Positions 40,189 to 50,451 of a stretch of DNA of 64,000 bases are shown here, piece after piece (the first letter of the stretch is position 1; every line of letters starts with the position of its first letter). The position numbers were made by a program, and so were the translations under genes. This DNA comes from Acinetobacter phage vB_ApiM_fHyAci03. The stretch lies in sequence record NC_049438.1. One strand, 5' to 3'. The notes under the pieces were generated by a model, which was given only the letters and a program-made list of their open reading frames with translations, was not told the DNA's origin and did no database searches.

Positions 40189-40509
40189 TTACCATGACAC
40201 TTTGATCTGGCGATATTCTTCATCTATTTGGATTTCATAACCATCCATATCAAACTTTTTGAGGAAATATGAACGACGTTTTGCAGATAGTTCACGTTGT
40301 TTATCTGTGAGTTCGGTTAGACTTTCAACCGTTTCAAAAACATACTCAGGTAAAGCAGATTCCTTTATGATTGAATAGCTCTTACCGTTGTAAGCATCGG
40401 TGTAAATACACTCTTTAATCAACTCGTAGTAATCATGATTCACAATAGAGTATAAATTAACTGGGTCCCAATACGAGTCACGAAGAGCTCGAATTTCAGC
40501 AATTTTCAT
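40189..40509 (-). CDS. Hypothetical protein
   Basis: 106-aa ORF. Confidence 0.4.
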   Translation of the reverse strand: MKIAEIRALRDSYWDPVNLYSIVNHDYYELIKECIYTDAYNGKSYSIIKESALPEYVFETVESLTELTDKQRELSAKRRSYFLKKFDMDGYEIQIDEEYRQIKVSW

Positions 40510-40703
40510 TATTTAGTTCTCATACAGTTGTATTTTGCTTTTGATACAAACCGAACAGTATTTTCTTCTTTAAACTGTTCACCTGCAACCTGACACATTT
40601 GAATAGATTTAAATCCTTCGATTCGTGTGACTACCTTGTCATCAGTGAACCAGCCGAATGTGGTCAATACTAAAACTAATGTGTACATATCAGTTACCTG
40701 CAA
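40509..40703 (-). CDS. Hypothetical protein
   Basis: 64-aa ORF tightly packed against its neighbours. Confidence 0.3.
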   Translation of the reverse strand: MQVTDMYTLVLVLTTFGWFTDDKVVTRIEGFKSIQMCQVAGEQFKEENTVRFVSKAKYNCMRTK

Positions 40704-41226
40704 GTAATTCGATTAATTGAGCGGCTTCTTCAAGATCAAGATTGTTAAATAGTGCATGGCGTGGTGAAGTTGACTGGCGAGCTTCTCGTTCAGCGAGTTG
40801 AACAATTTCGTCAAACGTTAAATCTTTATGTGTTACCCCAAGGCGAATTTTAGGAGTTGCTCCACAAATAATATAGAACTTTGACCCGTTTAAATGAACA
40901 TTAGGCTGTGTTTCATTGATGAACACATGTGCATTCTTAAGGCGGTCTTCAAAGAAGCGTTTAGTTTCACGAATGTTATCATTCAGCATTAATGAGTCAT
41001 GGAATTTTTTACGTTCCTTTTTATCGGCTAGAGCTTGACGTTTCAGGACCTCTTTACGCAAGTCTGAAAAATAACCAACTCGTTTACCATTTTTCAGCAC
41101 ACTGCACCAGTCTTTGTCATCTCCAAACATTTCAACCAAAACTTCTGGCGTTAATGTGTGTACTGTATGTTTCATAATATTCTCCTCATATGCGATATTT
41201 GATATGACTATTATACCAATAGTCAT
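40690..41226 (-). CDS. Hypothetical protein at the position of T4 alc
   Basis: 178 aa against T4 Alc at 167 aa. Assignment is by synteny only (pseT … alc … rnlA). Confidence 0.3.
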   Translation of the reverse strand: MTIGIIVISNIAYEENIMKHTVHTLTPEVLVEMFGDDKDWCSVLKNGKRVGYFSDLRKEVLKRQALADKKERKKFHDSLMLNDNIRETKRFFEDRLKNAHVFINETQPNVHLNGSKFYIICGATPKIRLGVTHKDLTFDEIVQLAEREARQSTSPRHALFNNLDLEEAAQLIELLAGN

Positions 41227-41238
41227 ATCAATTGTAAA

Positions 41239-41514
41239 CTACTTTATCCAAAAATTTATTGCAATTTTCTCAAAGCCATTAAACTTCAAATTTTTGCATT
41301 GGCGTATGATTGGCAACGGATTTTTAATACGATTGAGTTCATTTGAAACTCTATAAAATTCCATCGTCTTGCAAAAGACCTCATATTTGAGCTTTCTGAT
41401 AAGTGCACGTTGCCTATTTACTCGCTTCATATAAAAGATTAATGCAACAACAAGTAGTATTACTAGGCCAAGCATATTAATTACCTGAGAACTCTGGGAC
41501 TTTGAATCGATCAC
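41239..41514 (-). CDS. Hypothetical small membrane protein
   Basis: 91 aa with one hydrophobic helix (MLGLVILLVVALIFY). Confidence 0.35.
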   Translation of the reverse strand: MIDSKSQSSQVINMLGLVILLVVALIFYMKRVNRQRALIRKLKYEVFCKTMEFYRVSNELNRIKNPLPIIRQCKNLKFNGFEKIAINFWIK

Positions 41515-42623
41515 AGTTCTTTAAAAAACACTTTATTGATCTCTTTAACTAGATCATCTTGTGACATGTTACCACCAAATTGTTGCATAGAGATTCCAAA
41601 TAATTCAGGCTTAGCTAGTGATTGGAAATATGCTTGAGATGTGATTGCATAGGTTTTACGATCTGAGCCCGCATGAATTTTATTAAATGAATTAAGTTCC
41701 TGCAATGACTCGCGTAAGTAATCAAAGAAGATTTTCTCATATGCCTCTATTTTATTTCGAGAGTAATCGTCTTCAAATAATGATTTCAAATCATCTGAAC
41801 CACCATCGACAATTACTGCAAATAAGTCTTTATCATTATTGATGGTATCCTTTACACGATGTAGATTAGAGTACCAAGCAGTCTTGAGCTTGAATGTCAA
41901 TCCATCTTCCATCACGAATACATAACCTTCAATGTCTTCTGATGCACGAATCTCTTCTACCATCACTGAACGATCGACTGTATCTGATAAAGGAAAGCTT
42001 TCAACGACATAACGACGAAGAACTGGATCACGAATCAATTCACTGTATGGCACATATTCGCCGGTTTCATTATTTCGTACATTGAGCAAGATGAGTGCAC
42101 GTTCAGGATATGCAATAACAATACGGTTGCCAGGTGAAACATACTCAAAGTTGCAAGTGAAGCCTTCATTTGCTAGCTCAAGACAACGATTATGTAAATC
42201 AACATGGTCAATGTTGGATAATAACATTTGAGCTTCAATTGCTTGTGTAGAGAAAATCGATGTCTTAGATTTAGTACGTAAATATCCTTTGTCAACATAT
42301 GTAGAGATTAATGAACCATCAGCTTTGACCATGCCGTATGCAATTTTGTTTAAATCTAAGTTCTGAGTAAATGGGGTTTCATCTAAATTAAAGAACTTCT
42401 GCATTGGCCGTGCCATAATGCAGACCGGTTTGTCGCCATCCATTTCGAACATTATACCACGACACTCTAAAGCATCATCTTGTAACCAATCGGTGTATGA
42501 CGCATAGTTGTATGAAAAAATACGGACTTGAGTACCCATATTAGTAGTAAAATCTTTGTAAAAAAATTTTGAGAAATCATTTGGGTCTACTAACGCCATA
42601 AGATTTTCGAAAAGTTGTTCCAT
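41511..42623 (-). CDS. rnlA: RNA ligase 1 (gp63, RnlA)
   Basis: 370 aa against T4 RnlA at 374 aa. Matches T4 as I recall it (FSYNYASY.DWL.DDALECRGIMFEMDG.KPV). Adenylation lysine motif KADGSL. Confidence 0.85.
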   Translation of the reverse strand: MEQLFENLMALVDPNDFSKFFYKDFTTNMGTQVRIFSYNYASYTDWLQDDALECRGIMFEMDGDKPVCIMARPMQKFFNLDETPFTQNLDLNKIAYGMVKADGSLISTYVDKGYLRTKSKTSIFSTQAIEAQMLLSNIDHVDLHNRCLELANEGFTCNFEYVSPGNRIVIAYPERALILLNVRNNETGEYVPYSELIRDPVLRRYVVESFPLSDTVDRSVMVEEIRASEDIEGYVFVMEDGLTFKLKTAWYSNLHRVKDTINNDKDLFAVIVDGGSDDLKSLFEDDYSRNKIEAYEKIFFDYLRESLQELNSFNKIHAGSDRKTYAITSQAYFQSLAKPELFGISMQQFGGNMSQDDLVKEINKVFFKEL

Positions 42624-42821
42624 GGTAATCTCCTAATTTATAGAATTCATTATAAACAACAATTGTTATAGCACATTCTGTTGTAAGTGGCGAGCCACGT
42701 TTCTGTTTTCTTTAGACAAAAAGAAAGGAGCATATCAGCTCCTCAAAATCCATCAGCATCATCAGTCAGACTGGTCCGGTCCCCGGACCAGATAACCAAC
42801 GTTAATAACAAATAACGTTGT

Positions 42822-42829
42822 TATTTATA
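42822..42829 (-). promoter_or_regulatory. Possible minus-strand late promoter (TATAAATA) about 200 nt upstream of rnlA
   Basis: Plus-strand TATTTATA. The distance to the start codon is longer than usual. Confidence 0.25.
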
Positions 42830-42929
42830 ACTTTTTTTCGATTGACTTCCAAATCGAATCTCAAATATCAATAACTTATAAAGGTTCGGTTACAAAAATA
42901 TCTAAAAAATTGTAACCGAATTTTAATAA

Positions 42930-44081
42930 TTATTTACGTTTTGGCAAATACTTATCACGGAATTGAGCAATAACATTATCATCAACATCATTGTCAATTT
43001 GAGAGATTAAGTATGAACTTAATTCTGCTTCTTGTTTAGCAACTTGAACTGAAGAAGCTTTTAAGTATTTGTTGATCCATGGAAGTGGGTGCCGTTTAGG
43101 GCGTTCAATTGGGCATGTTAAACCGACGTTATTCATTGATGGTACTAATTGATAATCAATGAAGTCCCAAACTAATTCAACTGTCAAGCCATCTGGGCAT
43201 CCATTACGATAAACATACTGAGCCCAAGCACGTTCTTGTGCACGAACTTCCATGAATAATTCTTCGGCTTCTTCTTTACATTCAAGCGCAATTTCACGCC
43301 ATTCTGTGCCATCGATGCCTTTATTCATTTGTTGAAGAATATATCGTGTACCTTGATGGTGCAAGTTTTCATCTCGTGCAATGAACTGCATGATTTTCAT
43401 GTTACCTTCCATGATTTTCATATTTTCAAAGAAGTTCCATGTAGAGATGAATGAAACATAGAAACGAATAGCTTCTAAAGCATTAATTGCATGTAAACAC
43501 ATATACAATGCTTTTTTAACTTCACGTAATTGTTCTTTGGTTTCGACACCACGAATTTTATCAGCTTGATATAAAATTACTAATTCATGCAATTTATCAT
43601 ATCGTTCACAAATCGCTGTAGCACGAGCCATAATTTCTTTATTAGCAACAACACCGTCAAAGATTTTAGAAGGATCAGAGTACAAATTACGAATAATATG
43701 AGTATATGAACGAGAGTGAATTGTTTCACTGAATGTCCATGTCATAATCCATGTTTCTAATGCAACATCAGAACATATTGATGCTAAAACAATCGCAGGT
43801 GCTCTTCCTTGTACCGAATCCATAAGGATTTGATAACCTAAATTGTTTGTAAAGATTTCTTGCAGGTAACCTCTGCCAGTCTCCCAGAGTTTATCAAATT
43901 GCGCTTTGTCAGTGGTTAGATTTACCTCTTCAGGGCGCCAGAAAAATGAGAGTTGCTTTGTGGTTAGCTCTTCAAATTTTTCATGTTTAACTTCTTCGTA
44001 ACGTGCTACGCCAGTGTCTTCGCCAAAGAACATCGGCTGAATCATATGATTTGCTAATTGGTTAAAAACAGTATTGCTCAT
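42930..44081 (-). CDS. nrdB: Ribonucleotide reductase small subunit NrdB (class Ia), intron-less
   Basis: 383 aa. Conserved EAIRFYVSF and FIARDE.LH di-iron motifs. The ORF is continuous, so it lacks the group I intron of T4 nrdB. Confidence 0.85.
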   Translation of the reverse strand: MSNTVFNQLANHMIQPMFFGEDTGVARYEEVKHEKFEELTTKQLSFFWRPEEVNLTTDKAQFDKLWETGRGYLQEIFTNNLGYQILMDSVQGRAPAIVLASICSDVALETWIMTWTFSETIHSRSYTHIIRNLYSDPSKIFDGVVANKEIMARATAICERYDKLHELVILYQADKIRGVETKEQLREVKKALYMCLHAINALEAIRFYVSFISTWNFFENMKIMEGNMKIMQFIARDENLHHQGTRYILQQMNKGIDGTEWREIALECKEEAEELFMEVRAQERAWAQYVYRNGCPDGLTVELVWDFIDYQLVPSMNNVGLTCPIERPKRHPLPWINKYLKASSVQVAKQEAELSSYLISQIDNDVDDNVIAQFRDKYLPKRK

Positions 44082-44140
44082 TTAAAATTCCTTGAATATG
44101 TGGACCTCGTAAGAGGTCCAGGTTAATATCATATCACAAA

Positions 44141-46552
44141 TTATAGTTTGCAAGCATCACAATCGGCTTGAGATGCATCGTCAGCACCAGAACCATCATC
44201 AGTGTTGTGATAGTACATATTCTTGTTACCGTAGTAGAAACAGAATAACATATCGTCCATCATTTGTGACATAGGAACTTTAGCATTTTTATAGCTATTA
44301 GGTGCATAATAAGTATTGATAGAAATAGCTTGGTCAGTCCATTTCTGTTCAATAGCCATTTGAGTTAAATAGCCTTTGTTGCCATGAGTAGCAGCAGATT
44401 GCCATGCAAAGTCATAGAATAATTGATTAACTTCATAGTTAGGAACTACTTGGTTAAATGAACCATCTTTTGACTGTTTGTATGAGACAGGTTTTAATGG
44501 CTTCTCAACGCCATTTGTTGAGTTAGATACTTGAGATGACGATTCACAAGGCATTTGAGCTGACAATGTAACGTTTCGCATGCCGAATTTTTTGAGATCA
44601 ACTCGTAATGCTTCCCAGTCAAGAACATAAACCGGAGCTACTAGCTCATCAACATTTTTACAGTACCAATCAATAGGCAATTCACCACGCCCATATCTTG
44701 TTTTCCAAAGCTGTGGCGAAGGGCCTTTTTCTTTGGCTAACTCAATTGATGCTTTGATTAGAGCATATTGTAAGCGTTCAAACAATTCATGCGTAAGTTC
44801 ATTGCCATCTTCATATGAAGCTGCATTTGAAGCTAACCATGCTGCGTAGTTTGTAACACCGATACCTAGTGAACGATATTCTTTTGCCTTAAGTGCATTT
44901 TTATGTGGATAGTCTTGATAGTCTAGCAAGTTATCAAGAGCACGTACCATTACCATGCCGATACGATTGATTTCATCTTGATTTTTCCAATCAAAATTGT
45001 CAAGTACCCATGCACTTAATGTACATAAAGCAATTTCACCAAGATCTTCTTCAACATTAAAAGCATATTCATTTTCAGTTGGTATGTAATCATCCGAAAC
45101 ACGTTTGAATAGATTTTCAACTGTAGGCAATACAACTCGGTTAGTGCCATAAGTTTCAATAAACTTAATGATGTCTCCTTTCGCTACTGCCAAACGTTGC
45201 TCTTTATATGTTCCTAAAGCAACAGTATGTAGAGCAATTTCTGCACAAAGGTTTGACATCTTAACTGGAGCGATGCTACGAATCCACGGTCCAAAGTTGT
45301 TTATATTGTCTACATGTGAAGGATATAAACGAGCGGTGTTTGCACGTTCAGTCATGAATAAGCCCATGAACAATTCAGATGCTTTGATACGTTTTTTGCG
45401 AACTGATGGATCTTTTTCTAGATTTTCATAAAGTTCGCGGAAAAGTTCTTCATCTCTGAAATATGCATCATATAGTTTGCCATCTAATATATCCGGGCTA
45501 AACAATGTAACATAATCATTAAGCAAATAACGTTCAATCATCAAATTGTTGATTTGAATGCCATAGTCCATGTGGCGAATACGATTCTCTTCGATACCCT
45601 TGTTGTTCTTAAGAACCATAAGGTTTTCGCATTCTAAGTGCCAAATAGGCCAGTATGCGGTAGCAGACCCTTTACGAATACCTCCTTGAGAACATGAATG
45701 GACCGCTGCATTCTTGAGTTTCCAGAATGGTGTAACGCCGGTATGTTTGACTTCGCCTGGACCGATTTTAGAACCTTCAGCTCGAATTGCACCACCGCCG
45801 ATACCAATGCCAGCACGTTTAGAAACATACTTAACAATGGCAGATGTACTTTCAGTAATTGAATCTAAGCTATCACCTGTTTCAATCAATACACATGAAC
45901 TAAATTGGCGTGTAGGAGTACGAACACCTGCAAGGATAGGAGTCGGCAAACTAATTTGTTTGAGTGATGCGGCATCATAAAAATCTTTGATGTATTGCAA
46001 ACGTACAGAAGGCTTTTCTTCTTGGTGCAAACACATCCCGATGAGCATATAAACAAATTGTGGAGTTTCATAGATTTTGCCGGATGAACGATCTTTTACA
46101 AGATACTTGTCTTTCATCTGCATTGTACCGGCATACGTGAAATTAAAGTCACGATCATGATCAATCATTGCATTTAATTGTTCATATTCAACTCGAGAAT
46201 ATTTTGACAATAATTCTTGATCGTATACACCAGAATCAATTTTACTTACAACATGTTCATACAAGTGAGGTGGATCAAATTGCCCATAAACCTCTTTGCG
46301 TAACCCAAACATTGCAAGATTAGAAGCAACATATTGATAATCAGATTCTTCAATTTGAATAGAATCTGCTGCAACTTTTACGATAGCCCGTTGGATTTCG
46401 GATGTAGTCATCCCGTCTTTAAAGAATGGTTGGCAGCGCTCGTATAATTCATACGGGTTGATTTGAGTACCTTCACATGACCATTCCAAAACTTGGATAA
46501 TTTTGGCTTGATCGAATTCTTGTGCAATACCACTTGATTTGATAACTTTCAT
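44141..46552 (-). CDS. nrdA: Ribonucleotide reductase large subunit NrdA (class Ia)
   Basis: 803 aa. N-terminal ATP-cone and a C-terminal CDACKL redox cysteine pair. About 50 aa longer than T4 NrdA. Confidence 0.85.
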   Translation of the reverse strand: MKVIKSSGIAQEFDQAKIIQVLEWSCEGTQINPYELYERCQPFFKDGMTTSEIQRAIVKVAADSIQIEESDYQYVASNLAMFGLRKEVYGQFDPPHLYEHVVSKIDSGVYDQELLSKYSRVEYEQLNAMIDHDRDFNFTYAGTMQMKDKYLVKDRSSGKIYETPQFVYMLIGMCLHQEEKPSVRLQYIKDFYDAASLKQISLPTPILAGVRTPTRQFSSCVLIETGDSLDSITESTSAIVKYVSKRAGIGIGGGAIRAEGSKIGPGEVKHTGVTPFWKLKNAAVHSCSQGGIRKGSATAYWPIWHLECENLMVLKNNKGIEENRIRHMDYGIQINNLMIERYLLNDYVTLFSPDILDGKLYDAYFRDEELFRELYENLEKDPSVRKKRIKASELFMGLFMTERANTARLYPSHVDNINNFGPWIRSIAPVKMSNLCAEIALHTVALGTYKEQRLAVAKGDIIKFIETYGTNRVVLPTVENLFKRVSDDYIPTENEYAFNVEEDLGEIALCTLSAWVLDNFDWKNQDEINRIGMVMVRALDNLLDYQDYPHKNALKAKEYRSLGIGVTNYAAWLASNAASYEDGNELTHELFERLQYALIKASIELAKEKGPSPQLWKTRYGRGELPIDWYCKNVDELVAPVYVLDWEALRVDLKKFGMRNVTLSAQMPCESSSQVSNSTNGVEKPLKPVSYKQSKDGSFNQVVPNYEVNQLFYDFAWQSAATHGNKGYLTQMAIEQKWTDQAISINTYYAPNSYKNAKVPMSQMMDDMLFCFYYGNKNMYYHNTDDGSGADDASQADCDACKL

Positions 46553-46878
46553 AAATCCTCTATACTAAATTCATCTTTAAACAATTTGTTGACTATCGTC
46601 GCAATGTAATCACCATGACACGGTTTTGGCTTACAAGTGCATCCTAATCGCTGTCCTCTTAAAACTTCTAAGTGGTTACGAGTTATTTTACCACTTCGTA
46701 TTTGATTAGCAAAATATTCTTTGAACAACGGGATTGCTTGATCGCCATACTCTTTTGCTGAGTAGGGATTTCCCCAGATTGTGCCTCTTGCTATATTAAC
46801 ATCATACTCGGATGAATATTTATTAACAACTCTACAGACTTCGGAGCTTCTCCAAAGTCTGGCTTCATCAGAAATCAT
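46549..46878 (-). CDS. Conserved hypothetical protein (DUF4326-like, nrdA.1/.2 position)
   Basis: 109 aa with GNPY…GCTCKPKPCHGD, which resembles the DUF4326 signature from memory. Confidence 0.4.
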   Translation of the reverse strand: MISDEARLWRSSEVCRVVNKYSSEYDVNIARGTIWGNPYSAKEYGDQAIPLFKEYFANQIRSGKITRNHLEVLRGQRLGCTCKPKPCHGDYIATIVNKLFKDEFSIEDL

Positions 46879-47039
46879 TTCATTTTATCTCTGGCTTCAG
46901 TGAACTCAATCAAGAAATAAACTGATGCAGCTACGAAAAACCCAACAAGTGCTAAAGTGTTACTTCCGTGAGTTGCGATGTATACTAATGCAGCTATTGC
47001 TCCTGCAATAGGGAGTCCTAAAAACCAGAACTCACTCAT
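46875..47039 (-). CDS. Hypothetical small membrane protein
   Basis: Hydrophobic two-helix peptide (FWFLGLPIAGAIAALVYI…LALVGFFVAASVYFLI). The start was chosen at an internal ATG that avoids overlap with td. A longer start at 47135 is possible. Confidence 0.3.
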   Translation of the reverse strand: MSEFWFLGLPIAGAIAALVYIATHGSNTLALVGFFVAASVYFLIEFTEARDKMK

Positions 47040-47055
47040 TGCAAGAAATAAAGCT

Positions 47056-48003
47056 TTAAACTGCCATAGGTGCTTTAATTGCTTCATGATGTTTATATCC
47101 AATAAGATTAAAGTCTTGAACTGTAGCAGTTTCAAAATCCTTTAATGTTTTAAGATTTGGGTTGATCGTAAGAATTGGCAATGGATATTCATCACGAGCT
47201 AATTGTTCTTTAACTTGCTCTATATGATTTTTGTAAATGTGAACATCGCCAAATTGCCCTGTCAAATATCGTGGAGTTTTTCCAAGAATTTGTCCAAGAA
47301 TACGCAATAGAGTTGCATATGATGCAATATTAAATGGGCAACCCAAGAAGATGTCGAGACTTCTCTGCGTCCAGATCATATCAATATAATCACCTGAAAT
47401 ATTGATTTGGAACCCAACATGACAAGGCGGCAAAATGGGTTTATCGATATCATATTCTTCAGTGTCAGATTTAACATCATGTTCCCAAATTAACTGTGGG
47501 TTCCATGCATAAACTAACAAACGACGAGAACCAGGATTTGTTTGGGCTTCTTTGATCATTTCAGCGAGCTGATCGACTTTAGGCAAGTTATGGCAATATG
47601 TGCCACCAAAATCTTGCTCAACATAAACACCATTTAGCCCATAACGACGCCATTGAGTTCCATAAATGAGGCCACAATATCCATCTTTATACCCAAGTTG
47701 CTTGCCTTGAACATTGTAGTTGTCGTCCCAAATAGTTTTCTTTTCGGTGTTGAATCGATTTTCTTCACCATGTGTCAATGCACGAAGATCATTGAGATTA
47801 TCTGAACCGCGAATAAACCAAAGTAATTCTGCGATCATGGCTTTAAATGCAAGCTTTTTAGTTGTAACCGCCGGAAATCCTTTACGCATGTCAAATTTAA
47901 TTTGTTCGCCAAACAAAGCTATAGTACCGACGCCTGTTCGTTCATTTGTAACTTCTTCGCCTTCATCAAGGACTTTTTGCAATAAATCGTGATATGCCTT
48001 CAT
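47056..48003 (-). CDS. td: Thymidylate synthase Td, intron-less
   Basis: 315 aa. Catalytic PPCH motif (ILPPCHVGFQ). Continuous ORF, so no group I intron. Confidence 0.85.
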   Translation of the reverse strand: MKAYHDLLQKVLDEGEEVTNERTGVGTIALFGEQIKFDMRKGFPAVTTKKLAFKAMIAELLWFIRGSDNLNDLRALTHGEENRFNTEKKTIWDDNYNVQGKQLGYKDGYCGLIYGTQWRRYGLNGVYVEQDFGGTYCHNLPKVDQLAEMIKEAQTNPGSRRLLVYAWNPQLIWEHDVKSDTEEYDIDKPILPPCHVGFQINISGDYIDMIWTQRSLDIFLGCPFNIASYATLLRILGQILGKTPRYLTGQFGDVHIYKNHIEQVKEQLARDEYPLPILTINPNLKTLKDFETATVQDFNLIGYKHHEAIKAPMAV

Positions 48004-48043
48004 ATGATCTCCTTCCTAATATGTCAATTATATACTAGAACGC

Positions 48044-48280
48044 TTATAAGCATTCTAGCAGGTCTAAACCATTTATAAGTGATGTTTGATTGATCACTGC
48101 TTGATCCATCGTAGACATATTAGTTACAATGTACCACGGTGTTGTAGATTTGTATGGATGCTTGCCGACCTTGTGTGAGATTTTAATTTGATCTCCTCGT
48201 CGAACATCTTCGAAAAATTTAGCTTTGGTTTTACGCTTAATTTTAACTACCGTAATAGTTTTGCTTAATTCAAAATCCAT
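48044..48280 (-). CDS. Hypothetical protein
   Basis: 78-aa basic ORF between td and frd. Confidence 0.35.
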   Translation of the reverse strand: MDFELSKTITVVKIKRKTKAKFFEDVRRGDQIKISHKVGKHPYKSTTPWYIVTNMSTMDQAVINQTSLINGLDLLECL

Positions 48281-48816
48281 GGCGTTAGCTCATTGTTAAT
48301 TAATACATTTTCGGTAATTGAAGTTGTTTCATCAATTCGATACCAATGACGTTCTACTTGTTCGCCATAGTACCAAATATCGTTGATGAATTCTTCATCC
48401 AGTGTTTGTGTTACTTCTGTACCTTGCATACGATCGTATGAAATATCTGTATGAATAATTCGTGAAGCATATGGGATAGCCTGTTTAAGCAATGCAACTC
48501 CACCAATCACTGAGTAATGTTGCTCGCTATTTTTCCAGAGCTCTAGTTCTTCCTCTAGATTGTCAGGTGACACATAATAGTCGGCCAATGATCCATTTTT
48601 GCATTTAGGCAAAGGGCGTGTGTTATCACTAACAACAATGTGCTTACGATCTGGCAGTGGAGCACGTAATGATTGGAACGTCTTTGCTCCCATGACTAAC
48701 GTAGTGCCTAGTGTTCGTGCTTTAAAATTTTTAAAGTCTTGAGTAATGCGTGGCCATGGCATCCCATCATGAGAACCAAATTCATTTCGAGCGTGAGCAA
48801 ATACTAATTGAATCAT
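48265..48816 (-). CDS. frd: Dihydrofolate reductase Frd
   Basis: 183 aa against T4 Frd at 193 aa. DHFR N-terminal pattern MIQLVFAHARNEFGSHDGMPWP…LGTTLVMGAKTF. Confidence 0.8.
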   Translation of the reverse strand: MIQLVFAHARNEFGSHDGMPWPRITQDFKNFKARTLGTTLVMGAKTFQSLRAPLPDRKHIVVSDNTRPLPKCKNGSLADYYVSPDNLEEELELWKNSEQHYSVIGGVALLKQAIPYASRIIHTDISYDRMQGTEVTQTLDEEFINDIWYYGEQVERHWYRIDETTSITENVLINNELTPWILN

Positions 48817-48819
48817 TTT

Positions 48820-49131
48820 TTACATATCCACTAAAGTGATGTATCCACGTTTCTCTTCGATATGAGAAAAGAAACACCATACCAAATCGCTAATAGGACA
48901 ATCTTCGATATGGTAATACTCATTAGTTGCCATATCGACAATAGCTATAACGTCAGCTTTGCCAAAGTTCTCTTCAACTTCTACAATTTTGAATTTTGCG
49001 CCTGGCTTAAAAATTGGCATGCGTTCACAGATTTCTGGGTTGCCTTTAATTTTAGTCCAGGCTTCAGTGACTTCGTAAATATTTCCGACTTCAATCATTA
49101 GAGGAACTTCCGAGATAAGTGTACATGGCAT
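48820..49131 (-). CDS. Hypothetical protein (frd.1 position)
   Basis: 103-aa ORF. Confidence 0.4.
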   Translation of the reverse strand: MPCTLISEVPLMIEVGNIYEVTEAWTKIKGNPEICERMPIFKPGAKFKIVEVEENFGKADVIAIVDMATNEYYHIEDCPISDLVWCFFSHIEEKRGYITLVDM

Positions 49132-49454
49132 GGAGTCAAATTCGATCCACGTTTCTTTATGATGACTTTAGCATACTTTTCACTAAATTCACATGTGGTG
49201 TATTCACAAGAATATTTCTTGTTAAAATCATGTCCTTTAATTTTTGGGAACATTTTAATGCACCATAAAACTTTCAAAGACTTAGGCACTAACTTCAATA
49301 AAATAAATTTGCGAATTACGCCATGATTAAGTGCTAATTGGAATTCTTCGAACCATTTAACACAGTCTTCGTACAATTCATCTTTAACGGATGGAAGTGC
49401 AGTAGGGCGCATTGTCGTGATTGCATCATTAATAGCTTTTTCGTGTTCGTTCAT
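49098..49454 (-). CDS. Hypothetical protein (frd.2 position)
   Basis: 118-aa ORF. Confidence 0.4.
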   Translation of the reverse strand: MNEHEKAINDAITTMRPTALPSVKDELYEDCVKWFEEFQLALNHGVIRKFILLKLVPKSLKVLWCIKMFPKIKGHDFNKKYSCEYTTCEFSEKYAKVIIKKRGSNLTPCHVHLSRKFL

Positions 49455-49840
49455 GATAATTCCTTCATATTCAAGTTGATAAAACTATTATAACATGTTT
49501 GAAGTTCTTTGTAAACTAAATTGTCAAAATCTTTTAATAAATTTTCGACCTTAAATTTTGCTACAACTTGTATGATGTGCAAGGGCTGTTTAGAACGCCG
49601 AAGCATCAACTCATGATTTGACACTCTACTAAATGCCCACAAATCATTTAATGATCTATCACATGCTACAACGTCATATACTACTAGATAATCATATCTC
49701 CCTGGAGCAAACTTAGAATTATTAAACATGCCATCTGCAACACGTTTTAAGAAATCTAAATTATCGGTGAACCATTTAAAATTACCGCGCCAAGCGAGTG
49801 GAAACTCAGGTGTCACTGCATCAAATTCTTCTTTGCACAT
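49451..49840 (-). CDS. Hypothetical protein (frd.3 position)
   Basis: The start was set at an internal ATG (MCKEEF…) to avoid a 70-nt overlap with the upstream ORF. The track ORF extends to 49915. Confidence 0.35.
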   Translation of the reverse strand: MCKEEFDAVTPEFPLAWRGNFKWFTDNLDFLKRVADGMFNNSKFAPGRYDYLVVYDVVACDRSLNDLWAFSRVSNHELMLRRSKQPLHIIQVVAKFKVENLLKDFDNLVYKELQTCYNSFINLNMKELS

Positions 49841-49844
49841 TAAT

Positions 49845-50447
49845 CTATACAGACGCACGATGATGCTCCATGAAAAATTCATATGATAATTTAAGGATAC
49901 GTTTCCATGTTTCACGCGGTTGGTGAGTTTCTTCCAAGTGATCAGTTACCTTACGAGTATAGTGTCTATATATTTCATACAAATCAGAATCTTCAGGGTT
50001 AAACTGTGATATCTCCATGATAGTCCAAAGAATTGTCAACAAATCTTCAGGACGTTGCCAACGCATATAATATGTTGTGTCGTTCTTGCCTATCCATGCA
50101 ATGATTTGATTTGATGGATCAAATCCTACTTGAAACAATGACATTTCAGTTAAGAAAATCATTTTAGTAAGAATCATATGTGATTCTACTTTGTAAAAAT
50201 TTCGATTTGAGTCAAGGCGACTAACAAACCATTCAAGGCCCGCCCAATGAGTATCATTATTAAGCCAATCTAATTTTACAGGCGCAACACGATCAATTAA
50301 TGGGTCTTCGCGTAATGCGGCTCGAAGTGCACGCTTGTCTTCGATTTTAATCAATTTTGGTTCAAATAACTTAGCCATTTCAATATTCTCTTGAGTATAA
50401 GTCATATTATAACAAAAATTTTTAATTGTGTAAATAGCGTGCAACAA
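49845..50447 (-). CDS. Hypothetical protein
   Basis: 200-aa ORF immediately downstream of gene 32. Confidence 0.45.
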   Translation of the reverse strand: MLHAIYTIKNFCYNMTYTQENIEMAKLFEPKLIKIEDKRALRAALREDPLIDRVAPVKLDWLNNDTHWAGLEWFVSRLDSNRNFYKVESHMILTKMIFLTEMSLFQVGFDPSNQIIAWIGKNDTTYYMRWQRPEDLLTILWTIMEISQFNPEDSDLYEIYRHYTRKVTDHLEETHQPRETWKRILKLSYEFFMEHHRASV

Positions 50448-50451
50448 AAAA

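Noticed and set aside
43284-43320. Heptapeptide duplication MKIMEGN/MKIMQ in NrdB
   Set aside because: It is a short in-frame duplication within a surface loop region and is likely a trivial slippage with no regulatory implication.
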